Shown here: one piece after another, positions 11,136 to 24,560 of the stretch | Position numbering within the stretch: the stretch's first letter is position 1 | Layout of the letters: each line of letters starts with the position of its first letter | Assembly (NCBI RefSeq): GCF_032191835.1 | Contig: NC_083229.1 | Location: forward strand, 134,602,001-134,666,000 | Direction: 5' to 3' | Length of the DNA stretch: 64,000 nt | DNA from: Heteronotia binoei | Taxonomy: Eukaryota | Translations under genes and position numbers: made by a program | Notes under the pieces: model-generated | Told to the model about the DNA's origin: nothing | The model's database searches: none | Seen by the model: the letters and a program-made list of their open reading frames with translations, nothing else

Positions 11136-12482
11136 TTAGAGAAGACGCCCTTGGTCCGATCAGGCACAACTTTTTTGCAGAAGCAGAACCCTCAAGGACT
11201 CGCAGGGGAGCGTTTCATTCCCCCTCCCCTCTTTCCCTCCCTGAAAGCCTCCTCTTCCCACCCAATGGCCATCCTGCCTATATCTTCCACTTTCCCTCTC
11301 TTACCTAGCTCCCCCCGCCAGCAGCCTCTATATAGCAAAACTCTGAATGTATTAACTTCATTTCCATCCCACCTCTCTGCAGTGGGGACCAAGACAACTG
11401 TCATTATTCTCCTCTCCTCCTTTTCATCCACTCAACAACCCAGTGAGGCAGGCTAGGCTCAAGGAATGCGGTTGGACCAAACTCACCCAGTCAACTTCCA
11501 CAGCAAGATGGGGATTTGAACCTGGGTCTTGCAGACCCTACTCAGAAGGAAGCTCTGGTTGTCATAGGGTGGCTGCTGTTTAACATTCGCAAGGAGCCAG
11601 GCCTAGGTGAGTCATGCAGGTCAGGTGGCCTCATGTCATCCAGTGGTTGGCGCTAGCCTTGGGCTCGTCAGATCTCCCAGAATTACAGCCAATCTCCAGA
11701 CGAAAGAGATCTCTTCTGGAGAAAATGGCTACTTTGGAGAGTAAACACTATGATATTTTATGCCCCTCCCCAAAAGTCATCCTTCCTGTATTCCACCCCC
11801 AGATCTTCAGGAATCTCCCAGCCTGGAGCTGGCCGCCTTAGGTCGGCTTGGCCCCCATGAGTCCTCCTCCAAAGGCCAAAACAGTCCTGGGAAGGGAGGA
11901 CCCTGCTTTTGACTCACAGAAACTGAATCCTGCAACGCCTGGTTGCTTAGCAATGGCCACTGGGAGAATCTCTTGCTTAAAGCTACAGGACAACTTTTCT
12001 CACTTGTTTTCTTTAAAAAAACAACCACCATTTTTTTATATTTCAATTTTTAAAGAAAAGGAGGAATTTTTTCAGGTTTGTAGAAAGATCTGTCTTGCCC
12101 ATTCATAGCTCACACCACTGGATTCAAGTATCCTCAGATTTGGCTGTTGGAACAGACAAGGGGGAGGGAATCCCGCCTCTGCTTCCTTTGCCAGGCCTGC
12201 CTTGGCTCCCCCCCCCCACCTGAGAGCCGTGATGGCAGCAGCAACAGCAGTGCCTGAGAACCGCTCTGAGTCTAGACTGGCTTCTGGATTCCCCGCCACG
12301 GTGGCTTGGCCTGGAAACTCTCCCAGCAGGACCCAAAGCATCTGCTGTGGGGGCCAGGCCCAGAGAGGCGCCCGGCTTCTGTGGTCATGGTGTGAAGGGG
12401 CCTTGCCATGCATTTTGTTTGGGCCTGCGTTCTCTGCAACTGTAATGGGAATGCTGGGGGAGAAGAAGAAGAAGACAACTGC

Positions 12483-12742
12483 AAATTTATACCCTGCCCT
12501 TCTCTCTGAATCAGAGGCTCAGAGTGGCTTACAATCTCCTATATCTTCCCCTCCCCCCAACAGACACCCTGTGAGGTAAAGGGCTGAGAGAGCTCTCCCA
12601 GAAGCTGCCCTTTCAAGGACAACCTCTGTCAGCTATGGCTAACCCAAGGCCATTCCAGCAGCTGCAAGTGGAGGAGTGGGGAATCAAACCCGGTTCTCCC
12701 AGATAAGAGTCCGCACACTTAACCACTACACCAAACTGGCTC
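12483..12742 (-). mobile_element. tRNA-derived SINE with L2-like tail
   Basis: B-box-like gggtttgattccc; tail gggcagggtataaat; second copy at 45545-45770. Confidence 0.75.
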
Positions 12743-12917
12743 TGTTGCAGGAATCTACGCTGTGTTGCTTTGCCTTATTTTCTCTTTTGTTTGTAGCACA
12801 TAAAGTGCTCGCTCTACTCTGGTAGGGATGTTCACGTCTGGAATCCAAGGAATATCTCCTTGCAGAGACTGTCTGGGCACTTGGTAGCACACAGTGGGGG
12901 TTGGGTGAGAAACTTTG

Positions 12918-13099
12918 CAGGGCTTTTTTTGTAGCAGGAATTCCTTTGCATATTAGGCCACGCCTCCCTGATGTAGCCAATCCTTCAAGAGCTTACAGGG
13001 CTCTTAGCACAGGCCCTACTGGAAGCTCCAGGAGGATTGGCTACATGAGGGAGGTGTGGCCTAATATGCAAAGGATTTCCTGCTACAAAAAAAGCCCTG
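12918..13099. mobile_element. 182-bp near-perfect palindromic MITE (hAT-like CAGGG termini)
   Basis: about 67-bp arms cagggctttttttgtagcaggaattcctttgcatattaggccac.. / ..gtggcctaatatgcaaaggatttcctgctacaaaaaaagccctg; partial copy near 14073-14180; no clean TSD. Confidence 0.75.
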
Positions 13100-13299
13100 A
13101 TTACCTTGGCTTTGTGTGGGCTTTTTGCTCCAAATTTTGATGGGCTGGTAATGGCCCTGGAGAGGGTTATATGCATCTGGCTCCCAGGGTTATAGCCAGA
13201 TCTGGCACAAAGAGTCATACCTGCTGTAATGTGTCTATCCAGAAACCTCTGAATCTCAGCAAGAGGTCTGATTATTGAGGATTCCTCTGGAGCTGGTGA

Positions 13300-13730
13300 G
13301 GGGTTCGGAGACCAAGTCCTATGAGGAAAGGTTGAAGAAGCTGGGCATGTTTCGCCTGGAGAAGAGGCGGCTGAGAGATGATAGGATCACCATCTTCAAG
13401 TACTTGAAGAGCATATAGAGGATAGTGTGGAATTGTTTTCTATAGCCCCAGAAGGTAGGACCAGAACCAATGGGTTGAAATTACTCAAAAGAATTTCCGG
13501 CTCAACATTAGGAAGAACTTCCTGACCGTTAGAGCGATTCCTCAGTGGAACAGGCTTCCTCGGGAGGTGGTGGGCTCTCCCTTCTTGGAGGTTTTTAAAC
13601 AGAGGCTGGATGGCCATCTGACAGCAATGAAGATCCTGTGAATTTAGGGGGAGGTGTTTGTGAGTTCCTGCATTGTGCAGGGGGTTGGACTAGATGACCC
13701 TGGAGGTCCCTTCCAACTCCATGATTCTAT
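13300..13730 (+). mobile_element. CR1 LINE 3' fragment
   Basis: [19 protein letters not shown]-type C-terminus and tail gaggtcccttccaactccatgattctatga. Confidence 0.85.
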
Positions 13731-16061
13731 GAGCTGCGCCCTGACAAGGCTTTTAAAAAAAAAACTTTGGGGGAATTTAAACTTGTAAAAAAATTTGGGG
13801 ACATTTCAGATTTTCCTGCAAACCTGGGGTGTGTAACTCTGCAGAAAAATTGATTTCACATTGGCTTGGCTCCAATCTGTGGATGTTGGTACCCACAAAT
13901 GGGGACCACATGTTACTATTAGATGTGATGATATGATGCTAATGATATTAAGAATCTGAAAGGATAAATAAATACAAACTTGAGGGCTAATTACAAAAAA
14001 CATAAATAATGCAAAATTATGAAAAATGCATGTATTTATTACAGGACAATTTAAAAACAGTTATGGGCCTAACCAGGGTTTTTTTGAGCAGGAACACAGT
14101 TCCAGCTGGGTTGGTGTCAGGGGGTGTGGCCTAATATGCAAATGAGGCCTTCTGGGTTTTAACAAAAGAAACTCTGGGCCTAACTATAGCCTCAATACAA
14201 AATAAAATTTTGCAATGTACATAAATGGAACCTAATGTGACCCAACATGTTTTGGCCTTACTGCCCTTCTTCCGTGGTCAAGCATAAATAGTACTTAGGC
14301 TCAATAGTGTGATAGTTATTCAATGTAGGACCAAGGAGAGTTTTATAGTTCTCATCATTGACATAAGACATAGGACTGTTATGCTGTCATAATCAGGTGC
14401 ATATAACCTGGATGGAGTTTCAATTATATGTGTAAAAGAATCAAAACAGAGGCCTTCCTATTTTGGTCCAGGAAAAACAGCCTCAAAAGCCAATGTATCA
14501 CAAAGGCCACATCTGAGTTAACTTTAACTTGGGTACTATTCTATAACTCCAGTTAATGTTCAGGTCAAATATAGTGTGCTTACGGGTAGATTCAGGTGGG
14601 AGGCCGTGTTGATTTGAAGCAGCAAAACAAAGCTTGAGTCCAGTGGCATCTTTAAGACCTGTGATTAAACTTTGTTGCATGCACATGAAAGCTTATATCT
14701 GTTGGGGAATTCCCCTTTATATTTTCTTTTATTTCATAGACACTTTTTCTTACCACTGTTTCCCAAAACAAAACTTTATCTCAGCATTTAATACATGAAA
14801 CACAGTCACTGTTCCATAAACTGATAATGTCCGTATCCAAGCTACTTAAGGCAAAACAATTTTCAGTTATAGAAACTTACACACTATATTTTTTTACTTA
14901 AAGACTCTTGTAATTTTTGTACCTGCTCAAATCTAAGCAGTCCAACCAGGACGATTAAAATTCTGAGCAGGTTTTACAGTTGAACAAAAATGCTGTAATA
15001 GTCTTTACCTATGAACTTCCAAGAAGCGAAAGGTTTTGTCTGTTTGCCTTGATATCTACCCACAATCAAACAGCATGCTTGTCTTCAAACAACTCAAACT
15101 TACGTATAAAAAAGCCGAATGTCCTGGCATTTTCCAGCTGTCCAATTGGCTGTGGTGTGTGCCACATCAGCCATTGACCTGTGTTCTGCCAGTCAAGACA
15201 ATTTGCATGCCATTGACTGGATCTGCTCCTCTCTCAGGACAGATGAGGATTAGGCCACTGGGGAAACTGCTAAGCAATAGCTGTTGCTTGGCTACCAAGT
15301 TTGCTTCTGTCAGTAAAACACAACCAAGCTTTGTTCTCTCACTACAAGTTGTGTGGGGGGGAGGAGGCCCTTTCTAGGCCACTTTGACCTTTGAGGGAGA
15401 ACTCATTGCAGTTATTTTCTCCAGGGGAAGATCTGTTATCTAGAGTTCAGCTGTGATATCAAGAGATCTTCAGGCTCCACTTAGAGCCTGGCTACCCTAG
15501 GTTTGACTGCTTGCTACTGCTGCTGGGAAGGAGATAGAGTTACCAATTCCAGATTCAGAAATTTGAGGGGTGGAGCCTGGAGAGAATGGAGTTTGAGGAG
15601 GGGTGGGACCTCAGACAGGTACAATGACATAGACTCCACCCTCCAAACCAGCCATATGGACATTCCATCACAACTCTGTTTAGGCTGCAAGCATATTTTA
15701 GCTCACCCGTGGAACCAAATGAACCCAATGTGACTTCAGATGGCTTTGTGGGACTCTTGGCCTCCTGACAACTCATTGGATGAACTTACAGAGACTTGGC
15801 ATGACTGGCGCTCCCTGGCGTCCCTTCTGCCTCTGTTCAAGATGCTCATTGTGGTACACCTGGGAACTGTGGCTGATGAAACAGAGGCTGAGATGACTAG
15901 AGAGGCAGAGGCAGCAAACTCGTGATGAAGCAACCAGAACATCCTATAGGTCATTTATGCAGACCTATGAGATGGCAGTCAGGGCCACAAAGAAAAACTA
16001 CTTTGTGGCCTGGATTGCATCCACAAACTTGTGCCTGGCCCAATTATTTAGCATGATTTGG

Positions 16062-16531
16062 TGTTGGGTTTCTGATGCCATTTCACTTCCTGTTGTCATG
16101 AGTTCATTAAGTGTTTGTATATGCATGCTGATGTTTAGCCAGTGAGTAGGTAGAGCCAATGAGAATGTTTGCACGTACTTCCCGCCAAGGCTAGGTGTCA
16201 ATATGCATAGTGACCATTGAGGGAGAGCCCTAATAGGCTAATCCATATATTTGGGTGGTGGTCTGAGGGAAACCATTTGGTTAGTTTTATTGCCCTTTGT
16301 GTTAAGCCCTTAGATCTCCATGCAGTTGAAGTTAAGACTCGAGAGAGTCAAGATGTAGCCTAGAAGCTAGATAGGATAATGAATCCTTCTTTGTTTTTTA
16401 GAAATCCCAATCATACCTTTTCCTCATTAGTAAAGTAAACTACTTTGTTTCTTAAGCTAAACCGCGTGCCTGGCTGTTATTTGTGGTTCTCACCACTTTA
16501 CTCTGCTAATAGTATATCTAAAACCCCAACA
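16062..16531. mobile_element. Solo LTR (470 bp)
   Basis: termini TGTTGGGTTT..AAACCCCAACA; 5-bp TSD tttgg (16057-16061, 16532-16536); L2 sequence resumes across it. Confidence 0.85.
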
Positions 16532-17232
16532 TTTGGTCTTTAATTTGCCACAAGGCAAACCAAGTGCTAGGGAATTGAATATTGGCTGTGAGGCTTTTGT
16601 GAACTTTTTTGCAGATAAGGTCTTGTTGCTCTGCTGTGACCTCTCTGCCACATTTGATACAGTGAGCAAACTTGAGGCACCAAGAACATCTTCTGGTCTA
16701 GTTTTGGATTGCTTCACTCCACTCAGCCTAGAAGAAGTTGACAGTGTTCTGTCCTCTGTGTGCCCTGCTACCTGTGTGTTGGCTCCATGCCTGTCCTGGC
16801 TGATAAAGGCTTGCTGGTTGAAGCTACAAAATCCTCTCCAGGTGATTGTCAACAGATCCCTTTTGAAGAGATCTTTCCCACACCTCTCAAAGAGGCAGTG
16901 GTTCAACCCCTCTTAAAAAAACTATCCTAAGACCTGGCCATATTAGCGAACTATCAGCAGGGGTTGAACTTACCCTTTTTGGGCAAGATTATAGAGCGGG
17001 CTGTGGCAGCACAGTTGCAGGGTTTTCTGGATGACTTTTCTGTGCTGGATCCATTTCAGTCTGGCTTTTGCCTGGGTCATGGGATGGAGATGGCCCTAGT
17101 TGCCCTCATAGATGACCTCCAGAGGCAGCTCGGCAGTGCTGTTGTTAGATCTATTGGCTGCATTCGATACAATCAACTATCAGCTACTAGCCAGCCACCT
17201 AGCTGATGAGGGGATTCAGAGGTCCAGCTTGC

Positions 17233-17677
17233 TGTCAAGTCTGCTCATAACTCTGGTCAGGCCTGCAAATAACATTGGCTCAGGAGAAGAGCATCCTGGG
17301 TAAAGCTAAACTGTATTCCATTGCTGCTAGCTTAGACTCTCCTTACCCCCCTCCTTTCCTTTGTTATGTAGCCTTGCTTTGAAATGGGAATATGTGAACA
17401 GTTTATCTGCGCCTTCTCAGGCTTGGCACCGGGGGAGGGCGGAGCCAGAGACGCTCAAGGCCAAACCAGGCCTGAGAACGAAGTTGTAACATCAATGTGT
17501 GAATGTGCCCTGCATAGTACCCCTCCCTCAAGAATCCCTTTGAAGTGTACCTTATATGATTGCATTCTACTGTATGATCTTTAGTCTTTCAATCTTACTG
17601 TATTCAAGAGCCATGATATCAATAAACTAGTTACTTTGTTTCAACGAAGACTCGTTATTGAATCTACCGACTTGACA
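17233..17677 (+). mobile_element. Solo LTR (445 bp), different family
   Basis: termini TGTCAAGTC..GACTTGACA; 5-bp TSD cttgc (17228-17232, 17678-17682); AATAAA at 17621. Confidence 0.85.
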
Positions 17678-18976
17678 CTTGCAGTGGCTCACCTCTTTTC
17701 TCCAAGGCTGGGGACAAAGAATGGCGATTGGAGAGATATTGTCCCAGAGACACCCACTGGTATGCAGAGTGCCTCAAGGGGTGGTTCTCTCCCCAATACT
17801 GTTTAACATCTATATACACTCCCTTGCCCAGATTGTCCAGAGGTATGGGCTTGGGTGCCATCAATATGCAGATGACACCCAGCTCTATCTATTGATAGGT
17901 GGTCAGCTGGCTGTGCCCCAGAAAATTGACCTGCCGCTACAAGCCATGGCTCAGGCTGCTCAGAGCTACAAACATGGCTCAGGCTGACTCAACTGAAGCT
18001 AAATCCAATGAAGATGGAAGTCCTTTACCTAAGTCACAGTGGCTTGGGAAGGGAGATCCCTTTACCGGTTTTTGATGGGGTGCCACTGATACTGGAGCCA
18101 AAGTTCAAGAGCCTGGGAGTATCCTGGAACCCTCCCTGACAATGGAGGTCCAGGTAGCAGCCACTGCCTGCCTGCTACCACCTTCAGCGGATAAGGCAAT
18201 TGGCCCCCTTCCTTGAATGCCACGGCTTAGCAAAGGTGATCCACACAATGATCAACTTGAGAATAGACTACTATAATGTCCTCTACATGGGGCTGCCCTT
18301 ATCTCAGATCCAGAAGCTGCAACTGGTGCAGAATGCTGCTGCCAGGTTGTTGATGGGTCTCCCTATGCATGAGCACATCCAACCTGTGCTAAAAGTGCTG
18401 CACTGGTTGCCTGTTGCATACTAGATCCAATTCAAGATACTGTTTTTTAATCTTTAAAGCCTTATATGGCCTGGCACCTGCCTACCTGCAGGACCTGCAC
18501 GTACCCCAGAGAGAACTGCGTTCAGGAGCTCTGAATTTTTTTGTCAGTCTCCAGGCCGAAAGTAGCCAGATTGAGTTTGACCAGTGCAAGGGCCTTCTCA
18601 GTGGCAGCACTGATGTTATGAAATGCTCTCTCAGATGACATCAAGGCCCAGCGGGATCTTGTTCAGTTCTGCAGGGCCTGTAAGGCTGCATTGTTCCAAC
18701 CTGCATTTGGGAATTAAGATGGGAGAGAGCTGCTGAACTGCCTAGAAGCCAAATGTTATCACACACCTCTGTGCCATCGACCGTTGCCATTAGCAAATCT
18801 GAAAATTGTGGAGAACTATGGGAACGCCATCTAGTTTTTTTATATTATGCTCTGCCTGGTAACAGCACCAATGTTATTCTTTGAATGTTTTATGGTCTAC
18901 TGTTTTAATACAGTTTTATATTGATTATTTTGTTTTATGAGGTCATTCTGGCTTGTTAGCCGCCCTGAGCCCACTT

Positions 18977-19505
18977 GTATGGTCGAGGACCTGCCTACCC
19001 GAGGGACCGTCTCTCCCCATACGAGCCCCAGAGAGCACTGAGGTCAGCAGGGAAGAACAAGCTGACTATCCCTGGGCCAAAGGAGGCGAAATTGCAGAAC
19101 ACCCGCGCACGGGCCTTCTCCATTGCAGCTCCGTGCCTGTGGAACCAGCTCCCGGAAGAGGTGCGGGCCCTGTGGAGTCTTGACCAATTCCGCAGGGCCT
19201 GCAAGACCATCCTTTTTAGGTTGGCAGACTGCTGACTAAGGATGGCCGAATTGATGGACCCGCCAAAGTGACTGTTCAGTGACCTTCGCCATTATGCAAA
19301 CAGACAGAATAGCGCCAGGAACACCACTGTTACTGTTAAATTATGTCGAATGTAAATTGGAATGGTTTTAAGATAATGCTGATTTTAAAATTACTGTATA
19401 ACTTTTTAAATGTTGATTTTAAAATTACTGTATAACTTTTTATATGAATATGTTGTTAGCCGCCCTGAGCCTGCCTAGGCGGGGAGGGCGGGATATAAAT
19501 AAATC
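18977..19505 (+). mobile_element. Younger 5'-truncated L2 inserted in the tail of the older L2
   Basis: YGRGPAYPRDRLSPYEPQRALRS closely similar to the end of the 48969-50627 ORF; own tail gccgccctgagcc..gggagggcgggatataaataaat. Confidence 0.85.
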
Positions 19506-20519
19506 AGGGAAAGGAGAGATGTGTTCTTCAAGATAACACCTTATGATTTCTCTGAATTATATCCTGCTGTGTTCTTAGAGATTAGAGAGTCGCTGCCATT
19601 TCGACTGTTTATGTTAGATGGGTCGGGGCGGGGGGAGTTTGGGACTTGGGGTTATTTAGGACTGCCTGTATCAATTACTTTCATTCCTAGCAATGCTTAT
19701 GCAATAAGAAAGGTTATATACCTGTAGCAACTCAATAAAGCTTCATCTATACTTTTATAGTCTATATGATTGTTACTTGGCAAACCTCACCCACAAACCT
19801 TTCTCCTACAGAAAACAGCCGCCTTGGGTGGGTGGGAACACACCAAGTGTGGGGGAAGTGAATGCCATCACTTGGGTGGGTGGGAAGACAGCAAGATGGG
19901 AGGGGCACTCACCCACAGCCTCTTTCTAGAGCCCATTGTATTTTCTACCACAATGGGCCTTATTCATTATTTCCACTGCAAAAGTTGATACTTTTTAAAA
20001 ATTAATTTTCCTTCTGTGAATGTTTCCTTTTCCCCACTTCTCTGAGGAGTTCACAAGGATGATTTCTCTTTCAAGTCCATCAGGTTCCTTCTCTTGCTCC
20101 TCTGGTGGGTCCATCGAACTCTTATGCAATTGACGTTTTGCAGGAAGTGGAAGGTCTTGCAAAAGGAGTCGCTGGCAGGAGCAGTGCTTTGGAGAGCACA
20201 GCAGGCAGAGCTAATCTTGATGGGCCAAAGAGCACAGAGCGCCTTCCTGTGCCATTTCCGACACACTGCTGGCATTTGCTTCTCCAAACACAAACCACAG
20301 GAAGAAGGTTTATTGTCATGAGGTTGCAGGGGTGGGAAGACAGCTCCTCTTTGTGATGGATCAGGAGAACATAGTTTCCCCTTATCTTCACTCCAGGTGA
20401 GATTTGTTTTAGAAAGCTATTTAAGAAAAAAACTGCCATGTACCACTCACACTTCCCTAATGGCCCTACAGTTCTGTGGAATTCAGCGCACCCAGAGCCT
20501 CCTTAAATTCATGAACTGC

Positions 20520-20680
20520 TTTTATTAAGACCAACGAAGTTTTATTCCTGGTATAAGCTTTCATGTGCAGGCACACAAAAACATATACTGGGAATAAACT
20601 TTGTGGGACTTAAAGGTGCTGCTGGACTCAAACTTGGTCTTGCTGCTTCTGACCAACATGGTGACCCACCTCAACCTGTT
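20520..20680. mobile_element. Penelope-like terminal repeat fragments in inverted arrangement; related copies at about 4980-5070, 14585-14700, 44700-44940, 52500-52730
   Basis: shared motifs taagaccaac, aagctttc(a/g)tgtgc, ttaaaggtgctgctggactc, cagaccaacatgg. Confidence 0.6.
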
Positions 20681-22197
20681 CTTAGTGGGATAACTTACAG
20701 AGGGAGCAAGAACAGAGGAGGGCTGCAATTCTGAAAGCAGTGCATTGGAGGAAGACATGACTGGTTGCAGAAACAAGCAGACCAAAGAACCTCAGCACTC
20801 ATAAAGAGCAGGCTTCTAGCCTGCATGGCCACAAAGCGGTGTTTGGGTGGCCAATGCCTGCAGAAATGCCCTGAGCCTGCTTTGGCTGGGAGGGCGGGAT
20901 AGAAATCCAATGAAACAAACAAATAAATAAAATAAATCTCAGATGGAATAGGTGAGGAAGGTACCTGGGCTCAACAGGAAGGGACCAGACCTTTCTCTTG
21001 TGCAGCAGCAGCAGCACTGATGATGCTGAGAGTAGTAAAAGCTGCCTTCTTGCATGCTTGGATTGCAAACTGCAATCACAGGACTCTTCTTTCGTTGACA
21101 CAGTTCATAGTAAAATGTGTTCAGTATTTTTTCTTGTACATAACAGCACCACACCTTGCACAGAGAACTACTACTTTTGCTCAGTTGTCAGCATTACCAC
21201 AGCAGAGTCAACTCCACCTTTATTGAGGGTGCCCATCTCAACTTTCGAAGAAATGATAACTTCCTCTTCAAAATAACAACAGCAAAACCAAAGGGGGGGG
21301 GGAGAGATTCTGAAAGTCTTGCACAGAGTTTCACTGAATATGTTCCCAGTTCTTGAAGTGGGGGGAGGGCAAGGGAGAGTGGCAAACCCACTCCAGCACA
21401 TTAAGAATGAACAGAAGGCACGAATGGCACAAGGTTTCTTGAGGAAGCCCTAAAAGAGTTCTTAATGCTCCTTTTGCTCATAAATGGGACAGCCATGGGA
21501 ATTTAGGTGTGATGGCCCCAGTTCCTGAGGCCTGCCTGGTTGCAGATACTGCAGATGAGACATCTAACCTATAAAGGGTCAAGGTGGGAAGGCAGATAGG
21601 TTCTAAAGAGTCTTCCTCTTTTTGCATGGAAATAAAAAACCTGTTGAGCTTTTCCATTTATACCCCTTTCCAAGAACTTCTTGGTTTCTTATAGCACAAG
21701 GTGCAATAACAACTCCTTCTATACCCAGCTGCCTCACTCCCCACCCCCCACCACTGATGAAAGAAAAGGTTGCTGGGAGTTTAGAGGATGCGTTTGCAGA
21801 ACAACACGTGGGTGCTGCCTCAGAGATGGCCAAAGCTGCCTAATGCAAGAGCCACATAAACACCAGATGTTGGAGAGGCACAAGACATCAACAAATGTTA
21901 CACACACCTTTTTACTGAAAAGTATGCATATTTGCATTTTATGAACATTAAATGAGACCATCAAAAATAAAACCAAAAGGGGTGAAAACAGATATTGCTA
22001 ATGATATTTATTTGTCTAAGTAAATATCTGGTCAAAACAAGGATGAAAATATGGAAACCAATTAAATTAGAGATATTTACTGGCTATTTACTGCAAGTAG
22101 AAATCTTGTGAGTTTCCATCTTGTCTGTGAGTCATTGAAAATCTGGCTGATATGTTGTGTGCCTGTCAGGGCTGCATGAATTACTTCCACTGCACTT

Positions 22198-22810
22198 CTA
22201 CACAGAGGGCTTTTTCTGACACGGTAGCCAAGCTCCTGTGTTTGAAAGGGCAGCTGGTGTTGGAACGAAATAGCCCTGTAAGCCTGGGTCGCCAGCGTTG
22301 ATCGTGGGCAAGGTCGATGGCTGAACCAAAGCATTGGTCAATGAAGTCAATGCCATTTGGACTGGAGATAGTGCTGATTCGAGCAAGGCTGTAGAAAGAC
22401 AAGCTGCTCGATTCTTTCTCGTTTGTTTGGAGAAGTTGGCACTGCACACAAGAGCTGACTCGATGTCCTTCTCAGAGACAGAGGGAATGGCCCTCAGGGG
22501 AAGGAGTCTTACCCCTGCAGCAGATGCAGCCTTTGAAGAAACCCCAGCGTTTCCCCATAAGCTGTTAGGAGCGGTTAGGCACTAGGGGGAGGGACCCCCG
22601 AAGGATGAGAAGTTAAGAGGTCTAAAATTCTTTTTTTTTTTAGAGGCAAAAAAGGAAAATGAAGGACGAGTCATAGACAGAATGAAGAATGAAAAGTATA
22701 TAGGTAGTTTGGGCGAAGGGAAAAACTGTACTGACCAAAGCAGAGGAGATCAACCGATCCGTGCAGCGGTCAGAAGAGGAACGGGTGGGACTTCCAGGGG
22801 CAAAAATCCC
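22198..22810 (-). mobile_element. Degenerate DIRS 5' remnant (gag N-terminus and part of left end)
   Basis: GFFKGCICCRGKTPSPEGHSLCL*EGHRVSSC / FSKQTRKNRAACLSTALLESAL parallels the gag at 40174-41091; gcagcggtcagaagaggaac resembles 41213-41230. Confidence 0.75.
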
Positions 22811-23064
22811 CGGCTTGCTATGTACTGACTGGAGCTGGTCCAGGTGCTCTCCCTCCCACAGAGATCATGATGATGTAAAAGTAAAACCAGGCACTCATTC
22901 AGGTCACCTTCTGTGAGCCACTTGAAGAGATGGTTCTGTGTCCACCTAAAAACCCTCAAAACAACCAGCCCTACACAACATTTTTTTTAATGGGATTTCT
23001 CTCCCACCCATCCTGCCAAGGCAGGCTCAGGGTGGGATACAGACAAAACATAATACAGCATCTA

Positions 23065-23201
23065 TCAGGAGTGGCCAACGGTAGCTCTCCAGATTTTTTT
23101 TTGCCTACAACTCCCATCAGCCCCAGCCATTGGCCATGCTGGCTGGGGCTGATGGGAGTTGTAGTCAAAAAACATCTGGAGAGCTATTGTTGGCCACCCC
23201 A
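23065..23201. mobile_element. Palindromic MITE
   Basis: arms gtggccaacggtagctctccagat..ctacaactcccatcagcccc / ggggctgatgggagttgtag..atctggagagctattgttggccac. Confidence 0.75.
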
Positions 23202-23339
23202 TAATACATCATTAAAGCCTAAGAATGATGGGGCTATTTAGAGCCCAGTCTCTGCTCTGCATTTTCTAGGCCGAGAGTGCACTAGTGGGCCAACTGCAGG
23301 CCTTGAATAGAACTCCCCTTCTCTGGGCCCTTTTCAGTC

Positions 23340-24560
23340 TGGGGCCAGGGCCAGGGGTGGGGTTTCAGATGACAGCCTCCGTCTTGAGTGTAGACAAAGA
23401 CCATGTTTCTTTGTTTCTCCTACTGGATCTATCTTCAGCCTCTGGGACATCAGATCATGCCCTCCTGCTGAAGCGCCTGGAGGCAGAGTGTGTTTGGGAA
23501 TGGTTTAAATCATCCCCGAAGGATTAGACTCAAAGGGTTGCTGGAGGAGAGCTCTCTTGTTGGGTTCCCATGTTATCCAACCCCTGTGTAAAAACTTCTG
23601 GAGAAATCATTCATAGTGTTGGAATGGGATGCCACCAGTATGTGGATGATGCCCAGCTCTCTCTCACTCTCTCTCGTGGCCCAGAAACCAAAATCTGAAG
23701 TATTGAGTCACTTTATCAATTACACACAACTGCATAGTTTCAGCACCAAACCAAGAAGCACCACCAGCCTTCTGCATACACACATTTAATCTATTGCATA
23801 CCAGGAAATAACCAAAGTAAAAGTTGGCTGGATTTTTAGTCACTGGGGTTCATGTGAGCTTTTAGATTGGCTGAACCTTATCTACTAAACAGTCAGCCGT
23901 GTTTCATTTGAAGCTCATTACTCGTACCTGGAAATATATCCCAGATTGGTATAAAATAAGCCAAAACCAGTTCCCATATTAGCACCTAATTCCCTCTCCT
24001 CCCTCCTCCCTGTAGACGTGACAATCTGGTTCAACAGAAGCAGAGCCCGAGGAACAAAGTGGCTTCCGTATTTCCATCCAAATCCCCTTGGTGATGCGGT
24101 TAGAGGTCTTGGGCCACTACTTGACTGCAGGGTCAAATGGCTGAAAGCAAACAAATAGAAACTAAACCCAGACACGACAGAAGTGATGCTGGTTGGAAAG
24201 GTCGTGATTTTGAAGGACACTGTGCTTCCCACTTTCAGGGGGGCTCACCTGATACTTGCTGACTCAGGTACAAGCCTGGGGTTATACTGGATCCAGCACT
24301 GCTGTTGGAGAAGTGACTTAATGTAGCTGCAAAGAATGCTTTCTTCCAACTCAGTCTAGGCTGCAAAATGGTCCCCTCTCTTGACACGGCCATTCGGATC
24401 CATGCCATGGTAACCATGAGACTAGATTACGGAAATGCCCTTTAAATACGTGTCTCCTCAGAGAGCCTCGTCAGGGCAGGATGCCACATGCTGGTTATTA
24501 TCAGGAGCCAGGAAGAGCATGAATCGTCTTCCCATTCTGCCATCACTCTGCTGGCTGCTG
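23340..24560 (+). mobile_element. Highly decayed L2 RT fragments
   Basis: LLLDLSSA..DHALLL, HQYVDDAQL, ctaaacccagacacgacagaagt, gtaaccatgagactagattac remnants. Confidence 0.6.

Larger units (their letters stand above)
15735..18976 (+). mobile_element. Old L2 LINE interrupted by two solo LTRs and a younger L2
   Basis: RT remnants DPFQSGF, LLDLLAAFDTI, VPQGVVLSPILFNIY, YADDTQLY; tail start gccgccctgagccc at about 18960. Confidence 0.9.

Noticed and set aside
20050-21400. Clusters of 65-105 aa ORFs on both strands in the intergenic region
   Set aside because: No recognisable protein family, consistent splice sites or transposase motif.
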